This document shows positions 1 through 7,989 of a stretch of DNA of 32,000 nucleotides, piece after piece. Position 1 is the first letter of the stretch. Every line of letters starts with the position of its first letter. The stretch is taken from positions 160,299 through 192,298 of the forward strand of contig APJZ01000002.1 in assembly GCA_000387965.1 (NCBI GenBank), in the 5' to 3' direction. Made by a program: the position numbers and the translations under genes. The notes under the pieces were generated by a model, which worked only from the letters and a program-made list of their open reading frames with translations, ran no database searches and had not been told where the DNA came from. This DNA comes from Candidatus Nanobsidianus stetteri (GTDB taxonomy: Archaea; Nanobdellota; Nanobdellia; Nanobdellales; Nanobdellaceae).

Positions 1-1146
1 TTTGGAATAATACATTATTTAATTTATCAAAGTAAAACATATGGTAATGGAAATATATTAAAATTAGTAATATATAATCCAACAAACTGTACTGTTTATT
101 CGCCATTTCAGCAAGAAATATATATAAATAGTTCTATAATGAAAGAATATAAAATAAATGAAAATGGCTCAAATGTTTTCTTCTTTATAAATTTAAGTAA
201 TATTACAGGATCAATTTTATATTCCTGGTTTGCAGGATACTATAATAATTATTCCATTTGGTGGGTAAGATTGCCAACTCCAATCTCTCCTTATTCAAAT
301 ATTACAATATATATGTATATAGGACCTGTGGGAGAAAATTATTATGAAGAATATTCTCCTTATGTTGGTATTTCATCTTATGTATATAATAATTATAGCT
401 GGGGACCCTTAAGTATTTATGATAATGGACAATTTGTATTTGATTTTTATGGTTGGTTTTATGATACAAGAGATAATTGGATCTTAAATGTTGAAAATGG
501 AAATTATTTCCCAACACCAACTATTAATGGAATTGAAATGATAAATTATTCATTATCTCAAGGATCTTACATAGAACCTCCAAATGATGGAAGTATTCCA
601 AATATACCAATAATTATAGAGGAAGGATGGTATTACAATGGAGAAGCTGACGCAAATGTAATTTCTATGTATGGTGGAAAATCAGTCACATATGCGGCAG
701 GAGCAAATATGTTTGGCGGATATACACCAACATTATTAAATTCTATATTTGTACAATATGAATATTATAATTTACAACCCGCAATATATATTTCGTATGC
801 TAACGAAGAAGCTCCTATACAATTATATGAAGGGCCATTTATAAATAAAAATCAGTCATATATTTATTCATACTTTTTAGTTAACTTTTGCAATAATACA
901 TATATACAGGCCGGATATCTTGCAGTGAATAATACTCCGCCAATTTCCCTATTAGGAACCTTAGAAAATACTAATCAAACTTTAAAAATAGGAATCGATA
1001 GAAACCTTTTATCAGGAGATTACTTTTCCATTAATTCTGGAAGTGGTCCCCAATCAACATCTTCGCAATCTATATATTGGGTTGTTGGAAGAACATATCC
1101 ACCAGATGGAATTATGCCAGAAGTTTATATAGAAAGTTTATCATAA
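1..1146 (+). CDS. Secreted/surface protein with DUF2341-like domain, sequon-rich; 5' partial (continues upstream of window)
   Basis: Frame 1 is open from nt 1 with no stop before the track's Met at 139. The upstream residues (..KLVIYNPTNCTVYSPFQQEIYINSS..) have the same character, so 139 is an internal Met. The block SWFAGYYNNYSIWWVRLPTPI...ITIYMYIG resembles the WVKvP...iYlYYG core I associate with DUF2341 archaeal surface proteins. There are more than 10 N-x-S/T sequons. Confidence 0.5.
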   Translation, partial: FGIIHYLIYQSKTYGNGNILKLVIYNPTNCTVYSPFQQEIYINSSIMKEYKINENGSNVFFFINLSNITGSILYSWFAGYYNNYSIWWVRLPTPISPYSNITIYMYIGPVGENYYEEYSPYVGISSYVYNNYSWGPLSIYDNGQFVFDFYGWFYDTRDNWILNVENGNYFPTPTINGIEMINYSLSQGSYIEPPNDGSIPNIPIIIEEGWYYNGEADANVISMYGGKSVTYAAGANMFGGYTPTLLNSIFVQYEYYNLQPAIYISYANEEAPIQLYEGPFINKNQSYIYSYFLVNFCNNTYIQAGYLAVNNTPPISLLGTLENTNQTLKIGIDRNLLSGDYFSINSGSGPQSTSSQSIYWVVGRTYPPDGIMPEVYIESLS

Positions 1147-1185
1147 ATAATCTAGCTTTTTAAATCTTCTTAAGATAAATCAATA

Positions 1186-2382
1186 ATGAAAAATTTATTT
1201 AGGATTATTGATATTTTAAAGAAAAATAGGATAATAAATAAATTGTATGGGTTTATAAAAAAATATCCTTTTTATATAATTTTAGGTATTTTATTATTAA
1301 TTTACACTTATCAGACAGTTTCTGTATTTTATCCAATAAATTCATATATTTCAGACGAAGTATGGTATGCTCCATCTTCATATAATATTATGACAAAAAT
1401 ATTTCATTTAAATATAAATCAAACTGTTCCATTTCCTTCTGGAAAAGATTTGACCAATTATTTTAATCTTGAACATCCTCCTTTAGCAAAATATATAATT
1501 GGTGTCTTTATATATTTTTTAGGATATAATTATTGGGTTTGGAGGATTCCTAGTTGGATATTGGGTGATTTAATAATAATTTTATCGTTTTTAATAACTA
1601 GAAAAATTGTTGGTAATAGTATATTTGGAAATATTGCGGGAATAATTACTTCAGTTTTGATTATTTCTGATCCAAATATGTGGGTAATGCATGGTATAGC
1701 CACGTTAGATATATATGTATCATTCTTTTCTTTATTATCATTGTATTACTTAATAAAAGACGATATATTAAAATCATCTATATCCTTTGGATTAGCATTT
1801 TCTTCAAAATTTCCTGGAGCATTTTTAATATTTCCTCTTTTATATTATATTAAAGGAATTAATATAAGTAGAATAAAAAGATTTCTCTATGTAGTTATAT
1901 TACCATTATTAGTATATCTATCTTTAAATCTTCCCTTAATTATATATTTTGGATTTTCTAGTTGGTTTAATCAAAGTTTTTTAGGTGCATTAGAATGGGA
2001 TATTACATCTGGTCATATTGTAAATGCCCCAAATCAAATTTCTTCACCATGGCAATGGTTGTTAAATATTCACCCATTTGATTTAGGAACATATTCTGGA
2101 AATGATCTTTACTTAAATAGTTTTCATGCATTAGTAAATAATTATATTATGATACTCTGGCTAATTTTAACGCCTTTAATATTTATATTAAAAGATAAAA
2201 AAGTTACAGTTTCTTATTTATATCCCCTATCAATTTATTTAGGATTTTTCTTAGTATATTTCTTAGGTAATACAACAATATTTACATATTATATTACAGA
2301 TTTTATGCCAATGGTTTATGTATATGTAGTTTCCTCTCTATTTTTACTGGGATTAAGATATTATAAAAATTTAAATCAATAA
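1186..2382 (+). CDS. GT-C fold membrane glycosyltransferase (PMT_2/ArnT-like, family 39/83-like)
   Basis: 398 aa and highly hydrophobic, with many predicted TM helices. The first loop ISDEVWYAPSSYN carries a DE motif, and EHPPLAKYIIG matches the conserved signature of lipid-linked-sugar GT-C transferases. Confidence 0.6.
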   Translation: MKNLFRIIDILKKNRIINKLYGFIKKYPFYIILGILLLIYTYQTVSVFYPINSYISDEVWYAPSSYNIMTKIFHLNINQTVPFPSGKDLTNYFNLEHPPLAKYIIGVFIYFLGYNYWVWRIPSWILGDLIIILSFLITRKIVGNSIFGNIAGIITSVLIISDPNMWVMHGIATLDIYVSFFSLLSLYYLIKDDILKSSISFGLAFSSKFPGAFLIFPLLYYIKGINISRIKRFLYVVILPLLVYLSLNLPLIIYFGFSSWFNQSFLGALEWDITSGHIVNAPNQISSPWQWLLNIHPFDLGTYSGNDLYLNSFHALVNNYIMILWLILTPLIFILKDKKVTVSYLYPLSIYLGFFLVYFLGNTTIFTYYITDFMPMVYVYVVSSLFLLGLRYYKNLNQ

Positions 2383-2387
2383 TTAAG

Positions 2388-2462
2388 CGGACCCGGGGGG
2401 ATTCGAACCCCCGACCTACGGCTTAGGAGGCCGTCGCTCTATCCATGCTGAGCTACGGGTCC
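2388..2462 (-). tRNA. tRNA-Arg (anticodon CCU)
   Basis: The reverse complement GGACCCGTAGCTCAGCATGGATAGAGCGACGGCCTCCTAAGCCGTAGGTCGGGGGTTCGAATCCCCCCGGGTCCG folds as a canonical 75-nt cloverleaf. Acceptor GGACCCG/CGGGTCC, D stem GCTC/GAGC, anticodon stem ACGGC/GCCGT with loop CTCCTAA, T stem GGGGG/CCCCC with TTCGAAT. No encoded CCA. Confidence 0.92.
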
Positions 2463-2544
2463 TTTCTAATTTACTTCAAATTATCTTTTATTAAATTTTG
2501 AATTTTTCTTTATTATAATAAACTAAGTCTTTTAAAGTCAAAAA

Positions 2545-2552
2545 TTTATAAA
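2545..2552 (+). promoter_or_regulatory. TATA box (TTTATAAA) for the pilin gene; implies leaderless mRNA
   Basis: The exact palindromic octamer TTTATAAA lies 24 nt upstream of ATG 2577. The same octamer at the same spacing recurs before four other genes in this window. Confidence 0.45.
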
Positions 2553-2576
2553 TATCAATATTCTATTAGATTAGTT

Positions 2577-3044
2577 ATGAAGGGCATATCTCCAATTATT
2601 GCAACGATACTATTAATTGTAATGACAGTAGCAATAGCAGGATTAATGTATGCATGGTTATCTGGAATGTTTTCTTCATTAACAACATCTACTTCACAAC
2701 AAGTTATTCAAGCTACGCAATTAACATCTTTTAATGTACCAAAGATGTTTATTTCTAATGGTAATATATATGCAATAATATATAATAATGGAAATGTGCC
2801 AATTAATGCTAATAATATGACTATAACAGCCCAAGAATTTTGGGCTTCAAATAATACATACGATGGTATTACTTATGTTTGTTCAGCATCATCAGGTATA
2901 ATTACTTCAGGTCAACAAAGTACAATAACTTTATCATGTAATCCTACTAGTTTAGTCACTAACTGGAATTCTGGAATTTATTATTATTTATTTACATTTG
3001 TATATAATGGGGTATCTGTTCAAGCAACATTACCTCCATCATAA
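2577..3044 (+). CDS. Archaeal type IV pilin-like protein (class III signal peptide)
   Basis: The N-terminus MKG/ISPIIATILLIVMTVAIAGLMYAWLSG has a short basic leader, a G-ISP cleavage context and a hydrophobic helix. This is typical of archaeal Pilin_N/DUF361-type prepilins. The remainder is Ser/Thr/Asn-rich with sequons. Confidence 0.7.
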   Translation: MKGISPIIATILLIVMTVAIAGLMYAWLSGMFSSLTTSTSQQVIQATQLTSFNVPKMFISNGNIYAIIYNNGNVPINANNMTITAQEFWASNNTYDGITYVCSASSGIITSGQQSTITLSCNPTSLVTNWNSGIYYYLFTFVYNGVSVQATLPPS

Positions 3045-3296
3045 GTTTAAAGTTTTTATAATTAAATAAAAAATTTTTATAAAAATTACTTCTTTGAAAT
3101 TTTGTGCTCATACAATTTCTAAAGCTTATATATTTCATTATAATATGTTATGATATTCTCTTTCAAGAAAAATTGCTTGAATTCATTATTTATATTTTAA
3201 TTTAGGATTCTAAAATATGCAGAATATTTTAATGTAATTATTATATTATAGTAGATGCTAACGATATATCTAAAAATTTTTAACAGATAATTAAGT

Positions 3297-3983
3297 ATGG
3301 TTCCAAAAGATTCTACTGGAAAAATCGAAGATTTAATTCTAGGTCAATCTAAAGATATTACATATTATACTGTATGTAAAAAATTAGAACCAATAGAGAA
3401 TTATGAAAAAGAATTAAAATATGTTCGTAAAAAAGTAAAAGAATTTGTGCCAGAAGTTCTACCATCGTTAGAAAAATTATTAGATAGGATGAAAAAATTA
3501 GACTATTCACTAATAAGTGAAGATATTATAAGAGAATATGGTCATTTAATATGTCCACTTACTCAAATGTTTTATGATGGTATATCGAAAGGCATTGACT
3601 CTAATATACAGAAAAGTATTGATAACTTAAAAACGACTTTAGAATATTTAGCATCTGGAGATATACTCGAAAGATTTTTTAAGGCTTATCTAAAAAGAGT
3701 GGAGGAAGGATTTCACAATGAGACTGGATATACAATTTCAAAATTATTAGAGATTGGATATAAAATTCCGGGATTCATACGCAATAAAGACATTAGAGAC
3801 AGGAATGTTAGATATCTCCTAAATATCAAGATAAAAGATGAGGATAAGTATCTCGATACTTTTACAAACTTGTCTATGAAAGAATCTGAAAGGATTGTTG
3901 ATATTGTAAAAAATCTAATAGAACATCCTGAACAATATAAAAAAGATTTTGAAGAATATATAGGGTATAAGGCAGAAAAATAA
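3297..3983 (+). CDS. Hypothetical protein (helical, charged; no recognisable motif)
   Basis: 228-aa ORF with an AT-box (taaaaattttta) about 20-25 nt upstream of the ATG. No family signature recognised. Confidence 0.5.
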   Translation: MVPKDSTGKIEDLILGQSKDITYYTVCKKLEPIENYEKELKYVRKKVKEFVPEVLPSLEKLLDRMKKLDYSLISEDIIREYGHLICPLTQMFYDGISKGIDSNIQKSIDNLKTTLEYLASGDILERFFKAYLKRVEEGFHNETGYTISKLLEIGYKIPGFIRNKDIRDRNVRYLLNIKIKDEDKYLDTFTNLSMKESERIVDIVKNLIEHPEQYKKDFEEYIGYKAEK

Positions 3984-4045
3984 AAGAAGACAAAAATTTT
4001 AAATTTTTTATTTGATAATTAAATAAAAAATAACAAAAATTATCT

Positions 4046-4426
4046 TTATTTGAATTTTATTCTGTGCTTGTACCAATTATCTGCAATTATTTCCAAGGAG
4101 CCATGAGGAATTATTACATCGAGTCTTTTCTCAGCTGCTTTTAGTGTATTAAGATATAATCTAAGATAGTGTTCCACCCATCCGAGCTCTGGAAAATTAT
4201 TTGGTCTAGAACCATATAACTCATGCAGGGATTTCTTATGTTCTTCTATTTCTTTTAAAATTTTTTCTATTAGTTTTATATATTCTTCAATTCTCTTTGG
4301 GTCACGATTATATGGATGCTTTTCAAATTCTTCTAAAAGCTTTTTAATATCTTCATCTATTCTTTCTACTTCTTCTTTTAATTTTTTATTTTTAGCATTT
4401 CCTCCTCCTCCAAATAACGATGACAT
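4046..4426 (-). CDS. Hypothetical small protein, N-terminal Gly run plus charged coiled-coil
   Basis: The track ORF begins at a TTG (4474). The first ATG (4426, MSSLFGGGGNAKNKKLKEE..) lies about 25-30 nt downstream of tataaatttt (4451-4460 on the top strand, AT-box on either strand), so the ATG start is preferred. No recognisable family. Confidence 0.5.
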   Translation of the reverse strand: MSSLFGGGGNAKNKKLKEEVERIDEDIKKLLEEFEKHPYNRDPKRIEEYIKLIEKILKEIEEHKKSLHELYGSRPNNFPELGWVEHYLRLYLNTLKAAEKRLDVIIPHGSLEIIADNWYKHRIKFK

Positions 4427-4693
4427 AAACTTTAGAAGTATCTTGGTGATTATAAATTTTATAAGTTTAGGCAAGCCTATTCAAATTATAAAATATATCA
4501 AAAACTCTAAATATTGTTATGAGCCTTCTATTGATGACGGATAATCTTGGTTATGCGACATGGATCTTAGGGTAGTGAGCACGTATTTTGACATAATTTT
4601 TTGATATAAGTTTTAATAGGATTAAGCAAGGTTATTTATAAATCAAAAACTAGATTTTCATAACACTTGATCATATATAAGGGATGCTTATAT

Positions 4694-5590
4694 TCAATTG
4701 TATAAAGACATCCTAAGAATATTCTCATAAAGATTAATTATATTTATAGCCTTTTCTTTATCTAAACGTACAATGCCTTCTATTATATTGTATATATTTT
4801 CCTTTAATAGTTCTTTATTTGTAGCTACAATAATATTTCCATAACAATATCCTAAGTCATAAAGAATATGGTCATTTTTTTCTATTTTGTCTATTTTTTC
4901 AATATAGTTTCTACATTCAGGTATATTTTTATATGCAGCCATATATCCTTTTTCATCTTTATAAAAACCATTTACTAAATAATACATTATAAATCCAAAA
5001 GCAGAAGCTCTTAATTCAAAATTCTTTAAAAAAGTAGAATAGTCATTATCTTTAATAGCAGAATCATTTTTCAACTTATTTAAGATATTCAAATCAATAG
5101 AATGCCAAATTTCATGAAGTATTGTTAAAAGAATAATGACTTCCGCTATAGTTTTTCTTATATTTCTCTTATTTACATAAAATGGAAATAAGAATTTTGA
5201 TTTATATGATATATTTAAGTAGTCTATATCTGGTATATCACTAATAGATCTTTTTTTATAACCTAAAAATTCTAGATAATTATCTATCTCTCTTTCAATG
5301 GATTTTTTTGAAATTCTAATTTTATTTTCAAGTGGTAAATACTTTCCAATAATTGAAGGATCATCTTCAACTATTTCTAATTCCGGTATTTTATAATTTA
5401 TTCCATACTTTCTTTTTATATATTCTATTATCTTAAATTTGCGTAGACTTTCAATAACTTTTTTATACTCTCTTTTTATAATTTCATCTAAATTAATTTT
5501 ATCTAAATCATCATTTAAAGAAAACACTTCTTTTACATTATAGACAACATCATTCATATACTCCATAATTCTATCTAAAAGATTAGTCAT
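4694..5590 (-). CDS. Putative Zn-metallopeptidase-like protein (HExxH), paralog A
   Basis: 298 aa. LHEIWHS (HExxH) is followed by FELRASAFGF, a possible third-ligand Glu in a gluzincin-like layout. TTTATAAA lies 23 nt upstream of the start. Clear paralogy to the adjacent broken gene: GINYKIPELEIVED vs GIKIEWPKLRIFES, ELRASAF vs EWKASVF, YDLGYCYGN vs YSLGSCLAN. Confidence 0.55.
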   Translation of the reverse strand: MTNLLDRIMEYMNDVVYNVKEVFSLNDDLDKINLDEIIKREYKKVIESLRKFKIIEYIKRKYGINYKIPELEIVEDDPSIIGKYLPLENKIRISKKSIEREIDNYLEFLGYKKRSISDIPDIDYLNISYKSKFLFPFYVNKRNIRKTIAEVIILLTILHEIWHSIDLNILNKLKNDSAIKDNDYSTFLKNFELRASAFGFIMYYLVNGFYKDEKGYMAAYKNIPECRNYIEKIDKIEKNDHILYDLGYCYGNIIVATNKELLKENIYNIIEGIVRLDKEKAINIINLYENILRMSLYN

Positions 5591-5613
5591 TACTATATAA
5601 TGGTAACGTAAAA

Positions 5614-5621
5614 TTTATAAA
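5614..5621 (-). promoter_or_regulatory. TATA box (TTTATAAA) for HExxH paralog A
   Basis: Exact palindromic octamer 23 nt upstream of the start codon at 5590. Confidence 0.4.
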
Positions 5622-5700
5622 TTTTTATCCTTTATAATTAACAATACAAAATAAATAAATAATTAAAAAATAAAAATAAAGTTCTAATCTAGCCTAGATA

Positions 5701-6449
5701 TTATTTATATAATAGCATTAGAATTTTAGTTAATGTATTAATCATTTTGGTTGCATCTATTTCATCATCTTTAGAGAAATATTTGAGTTTTTCTATTGTA
5801 TCTTTTATATTTAGTTTTGGTGATTGTTTATCCTTATTTAATAGATTTTCATAAATATATACAAAATCGTTTGCAAGACATGATCCCAGAGAATATGGTG
5901 ATGGATATTTTTCTTGTATAAATCTTTCGCATATTTTCATATTTCTTTCCATAATTTCGTATACTTCCGGATATTTATATAATTCATTTTTGTAAAAATA
6001 TACTAAAAATTCAAATACAGAAGCTTTCCATTCATTATTAGAACGAAATACAGTATGTCCAATTTCATGAGTTACCATTAAATCTGTATAAGCTTTTGCT
6101 ATAATCTTTTCTACATCATCATCATTTTTATATACTGGCCATAGTATTCCATTGTGTGTTATAGTAAATAGATTACCAATAAAAATCTTATTTTTATCAT
6201 TAATCCTTTCATTTATTTTTTTATTAACTCACTTTTTATAATATGAACCTCATTTGCTTGTCCCTCATACTCTCCAACACCAAATCCTCTAAATAATTCT
6301 GTTGATTCAAATATTCTCAATTTTGGCCATTCAATTTTTATACCAATTTTATCAAGATATTCTATAGCCTCTTCAAAGCTATTTTTTATAAAAAGATCTA
6401 AATTGTATCTATCTTCTGGCATTATTAAATAGTAGTAATAAATTTTCAT
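5701..6449 (-). pseudogene. HExxH metallopeptidase-like paralog B, interrupted by a frameshift at an A7 tract (pseudogene or recoded gene)
   Basis: The 78-aa ORF (6213-6449) aligns to the N-terminus of paralog A. The 125-aa ORF (5701-6078, MVTHEIGHTVF..) aligns to its C-terminus. The downstream frame is actually open up to 6228 (VNKKINERINDKNKIFIGNLFTITHNGILWPVYKNDDDVEKIIAKAYTDLMVTHEIGH). The two frames overlap exactly at the T7 run 6216-6222 (A7 on the coding strand), which is followed by TAA. Confidence 0.55.
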
Positions 6450-6557
6450 AAGTTTTTATTATTTTACCTCTAAATTTCATGGATATAATAAAATTATAAT
6501 TTTAATTAATATAGTTTAATTAATGTAGTAAAAATTTTAATTACATCTGATAATTGC

Positions 6558-6953
6558 TTATACTAATATAGCATTTACTCCTTCATTCTTTGCAATTTCA
6601 TATTGCTTTTTATCAGATGTTACTAACTCAAGGTTCTTTGATTTGGCTAATGCAATGAACAAAGAGTCATAAATAGTTATTTTATTTCTATTAGCGATTT
6701 TAAATGCTTCAATCAAATATTCATCTTGGTTTACAATTATTATAGCTTCACCTTTTAATAAGTCATAAAGTATTTTAGTTGCAATGTCTTCTTTCATTTC
6801 TTCCATAAGGATCTTTTTCCATAAAGCATTGGCAACTTCTTTTATTGATAAATCTAGAGTTATAACTCCTTCTTCTATTATTTGAGCCACTTTTTCCCAG
6901 CCTTCCTCTTTAGAGAAAAATTTTATTAGGGAAGATGAATCAATGACTCTCAC
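6558..6953 (-). CDS. vapC: PIN-domain ribonuclease toxin VapC
   Basis: 131 aa. PIN acidic positions are present: VIDSS at the N-terminus, IKEV, IYDSLF, TSD. A GTG start (MRVIDSS) overlaps the upstream antitoxin stop by 14 nt. Confidence 0.8.
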   Translation of the reverse strand: MRVIDSSSLIKFFSKEEGWEKVAQIIEEGVITLDLSIKEVANALWKKILMEEMKEDIATKILYDLLKGEAIIIVNQDEYLIEAFKIANRNKITIYDSLFIALAKSKNLELVTSDKKQYEIAKNEGVNAILV

Positions 6954-7164
6954 GGTCCTCTCTTATTGATTTTGTAGAGAAACCTTCTTCGCTAGGTTTA
7001 ATATCTTTCAATTCTTCAATCCATTTATTTACATACTCTTTAGCTTTAACCTTTATATAAAGTTCTTCTAAAAATTTTTTTACTTCTTGACTAATATTTA
7101 TTCCATGTTTTTCTAATTCTTCCTTTATTTTTTCATTTATCCTAACGCTAATGACTGTAGACAT
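6940..7164 (-). CDS. vapB: VapB-type antitoxin (RHH/CopG-like)
   Basis: 74 aa. VISVRINEKIKEELEKHGINISQEVKKFLEE has a strand-helix-helix pattern. It lies directly upstream of, and overlaps, the PIN gene. TTTATAAA lies 22 nt upstream. Confidence 0.65.
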   Translation of the reverse strand: MSTVISVRINEKIKEELEKHGINISQEVKKFLEELYIKVKAKEYVNKWIEELKDIKPSEEGFSTKSIREDRESH

Positions 7165-7186
7165 AATTGTTTATTATTTGTAGACA

Positions 7187-7194
7187 TTTATAAA
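7187..7194 (-). promoter_or_regulatory. TATA box (TTTATAAA) for the vapBC operon
   Basis: Exact octamer 22 nt upstream of the vapB start at 7164. Confidence 0.4.
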
Positions 7195-7441
7195 GATTTT
7201 CATAAAAATTAATGTAAACTATTGAAGAGCTTAAATTCTTCTTTATTTTAATGAATATCATTTGCAAAATGATCTCGACTATTCAATAATAGAATAAATA
7301 AACAAACCATTTATACTTATAATATATTGATTTAAAGACAAATAAAATATTATTTATTGGTCAGGTTGTAAATCCTCAGTCTTAAAATTCTTGATAAATA
7401 CATAATAAAAAGGTTAAAATTTAAAATTAAATATTAATATT

Positions 7442-7750
7442 ATGGAATATTGTGAAGAATTTTTAAGTAAAATAATAAAAAGCGAATATCTTCAAATTTA
7501 TGATAATTTAGATCTAGAAAAAATGAAAAAAATTATTAATGAAAATATAGATTATTTAATAAAATTAAAAGGTGAAAAAGCTATTGAAGAAATGATTAAT
7601 AATGATAAGTTAATTGAATATTTTCAATGGTTAGTTAAGGAAAAAACTATTTTATATATTCAAAAAGAATTCCTAACTTATATTTATTCAATTAAAGAAA
7701 GATTTGGCGGAAAAGTTTTAGAAAATTTGATAAGTATGTTAATAAAATAG
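7442..7750 (+). CDS. Hypothetical helical protein; probably the detached N-terminal part of the following nucleotidyltransferase
   Basis: 102 aa with no His and no HEPN R-x4-6-H motif. The C-terminus ..SIKERFGGKV.. resembles the segment that normally precedes the LFGS strand of minimal nucleotidyltransferases. Confidence 0.4.
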   Translation: MEYCEEFLSKIIKSEYLQIYDNLDLEKMKKIINENIDYLIKLKGEKAIEEMINNDKLIEYFQWLVKEKTILYIQKEFLTYIYSIKERFGGKVLENLISMLIK

Positions 7751-7764
7751 ATAAAAACTGTAGA

Positions 7765-7989
7765 GTGATATTATTTGGATCAATTGTTAGAGGAAATTAT
7801 AGAATCGATAGTGATATAGATGTATTAATAATATTACCAAATATCAATGATAATTTTGAAAGAGCAGAAATTGCTGCAAAAATATATAAAAAATTAGGTA
7901 TGGAAGATCCTATAGAATTACATATAATATCAGAAGAAGAATATAAAAATTGGTATTCTAAATTTATTGATAAATATGGAGAATATTGA
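7765..7989 (+). CDS. Minimal nucleotidyltransferase (MNT) domain, N-terminally truncated as called
   Basis: ILFGSIVRGNYRIDSDIDVLIILP matches the GS-x9-11-DxD pol-beta NTase signature. The called start is a GTG sitting directly on the first beta strand. The same frame is open back to 7696 (RKIWRKSFRKFDKYVNKIDKNCRV) with no ATG. Confidence 0.6.
   Translation: MILFGSIVRGNYRIDSDIDVLIILPNINDNFERAEIAAKIYKKLGMEDPIELHIISEEEYKNWYSKFIDKYGEY

Noticed and set aside
139-141. ATG at 139 as the start of the first gene (as in the ORF track)
   Set aside because: The frame is open all the way to nt 1 and the upstream residues look like the same domain. The gene is 5'-truncated by the window.
302-520. 72-aa minus-strand ORF
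   Set aside because: It is fully nested antisense inside the DUF2341-like CDS. It has low-complexity AT-driven composition and no motif.
2388-2462. tRNA-Arg (and tRNA-Ser at 12586-12669) as integration sites flanking genomic islands
   Set aside because: I found no partial direct repeat of either tRNA 3' or 5' half elsewhere in the window, and no integrase gene.
3045-3296. 252-bp gap after the pilin gene as a hidden small gene or RNA
   Set aside because: Only very short ORFs (at most 39 codons, partly antisense to the pilin 3' end) are present. There is no GC enrichment and there are no box motifs.
4427-4474. TTG start at 4474 for the 142-aa ORF; likewise TTG 13595 and TTG 21751 for the protease and RNase Z
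   Set aside because: In each case a downstream ATG is better placed relative to an AT-box or forms a TAATG overlap. The extra N-terminal residues add nothing recognisable.
4531-4578. Reading the GC patch as a C/D box sRNA (TTGATGA ... GTGA)
   Set aside because: There is no CTGA D or D' box, no convincing C' box, unequal spacers and no terminal stem. It is kept only as an unclassified GC-island finding.
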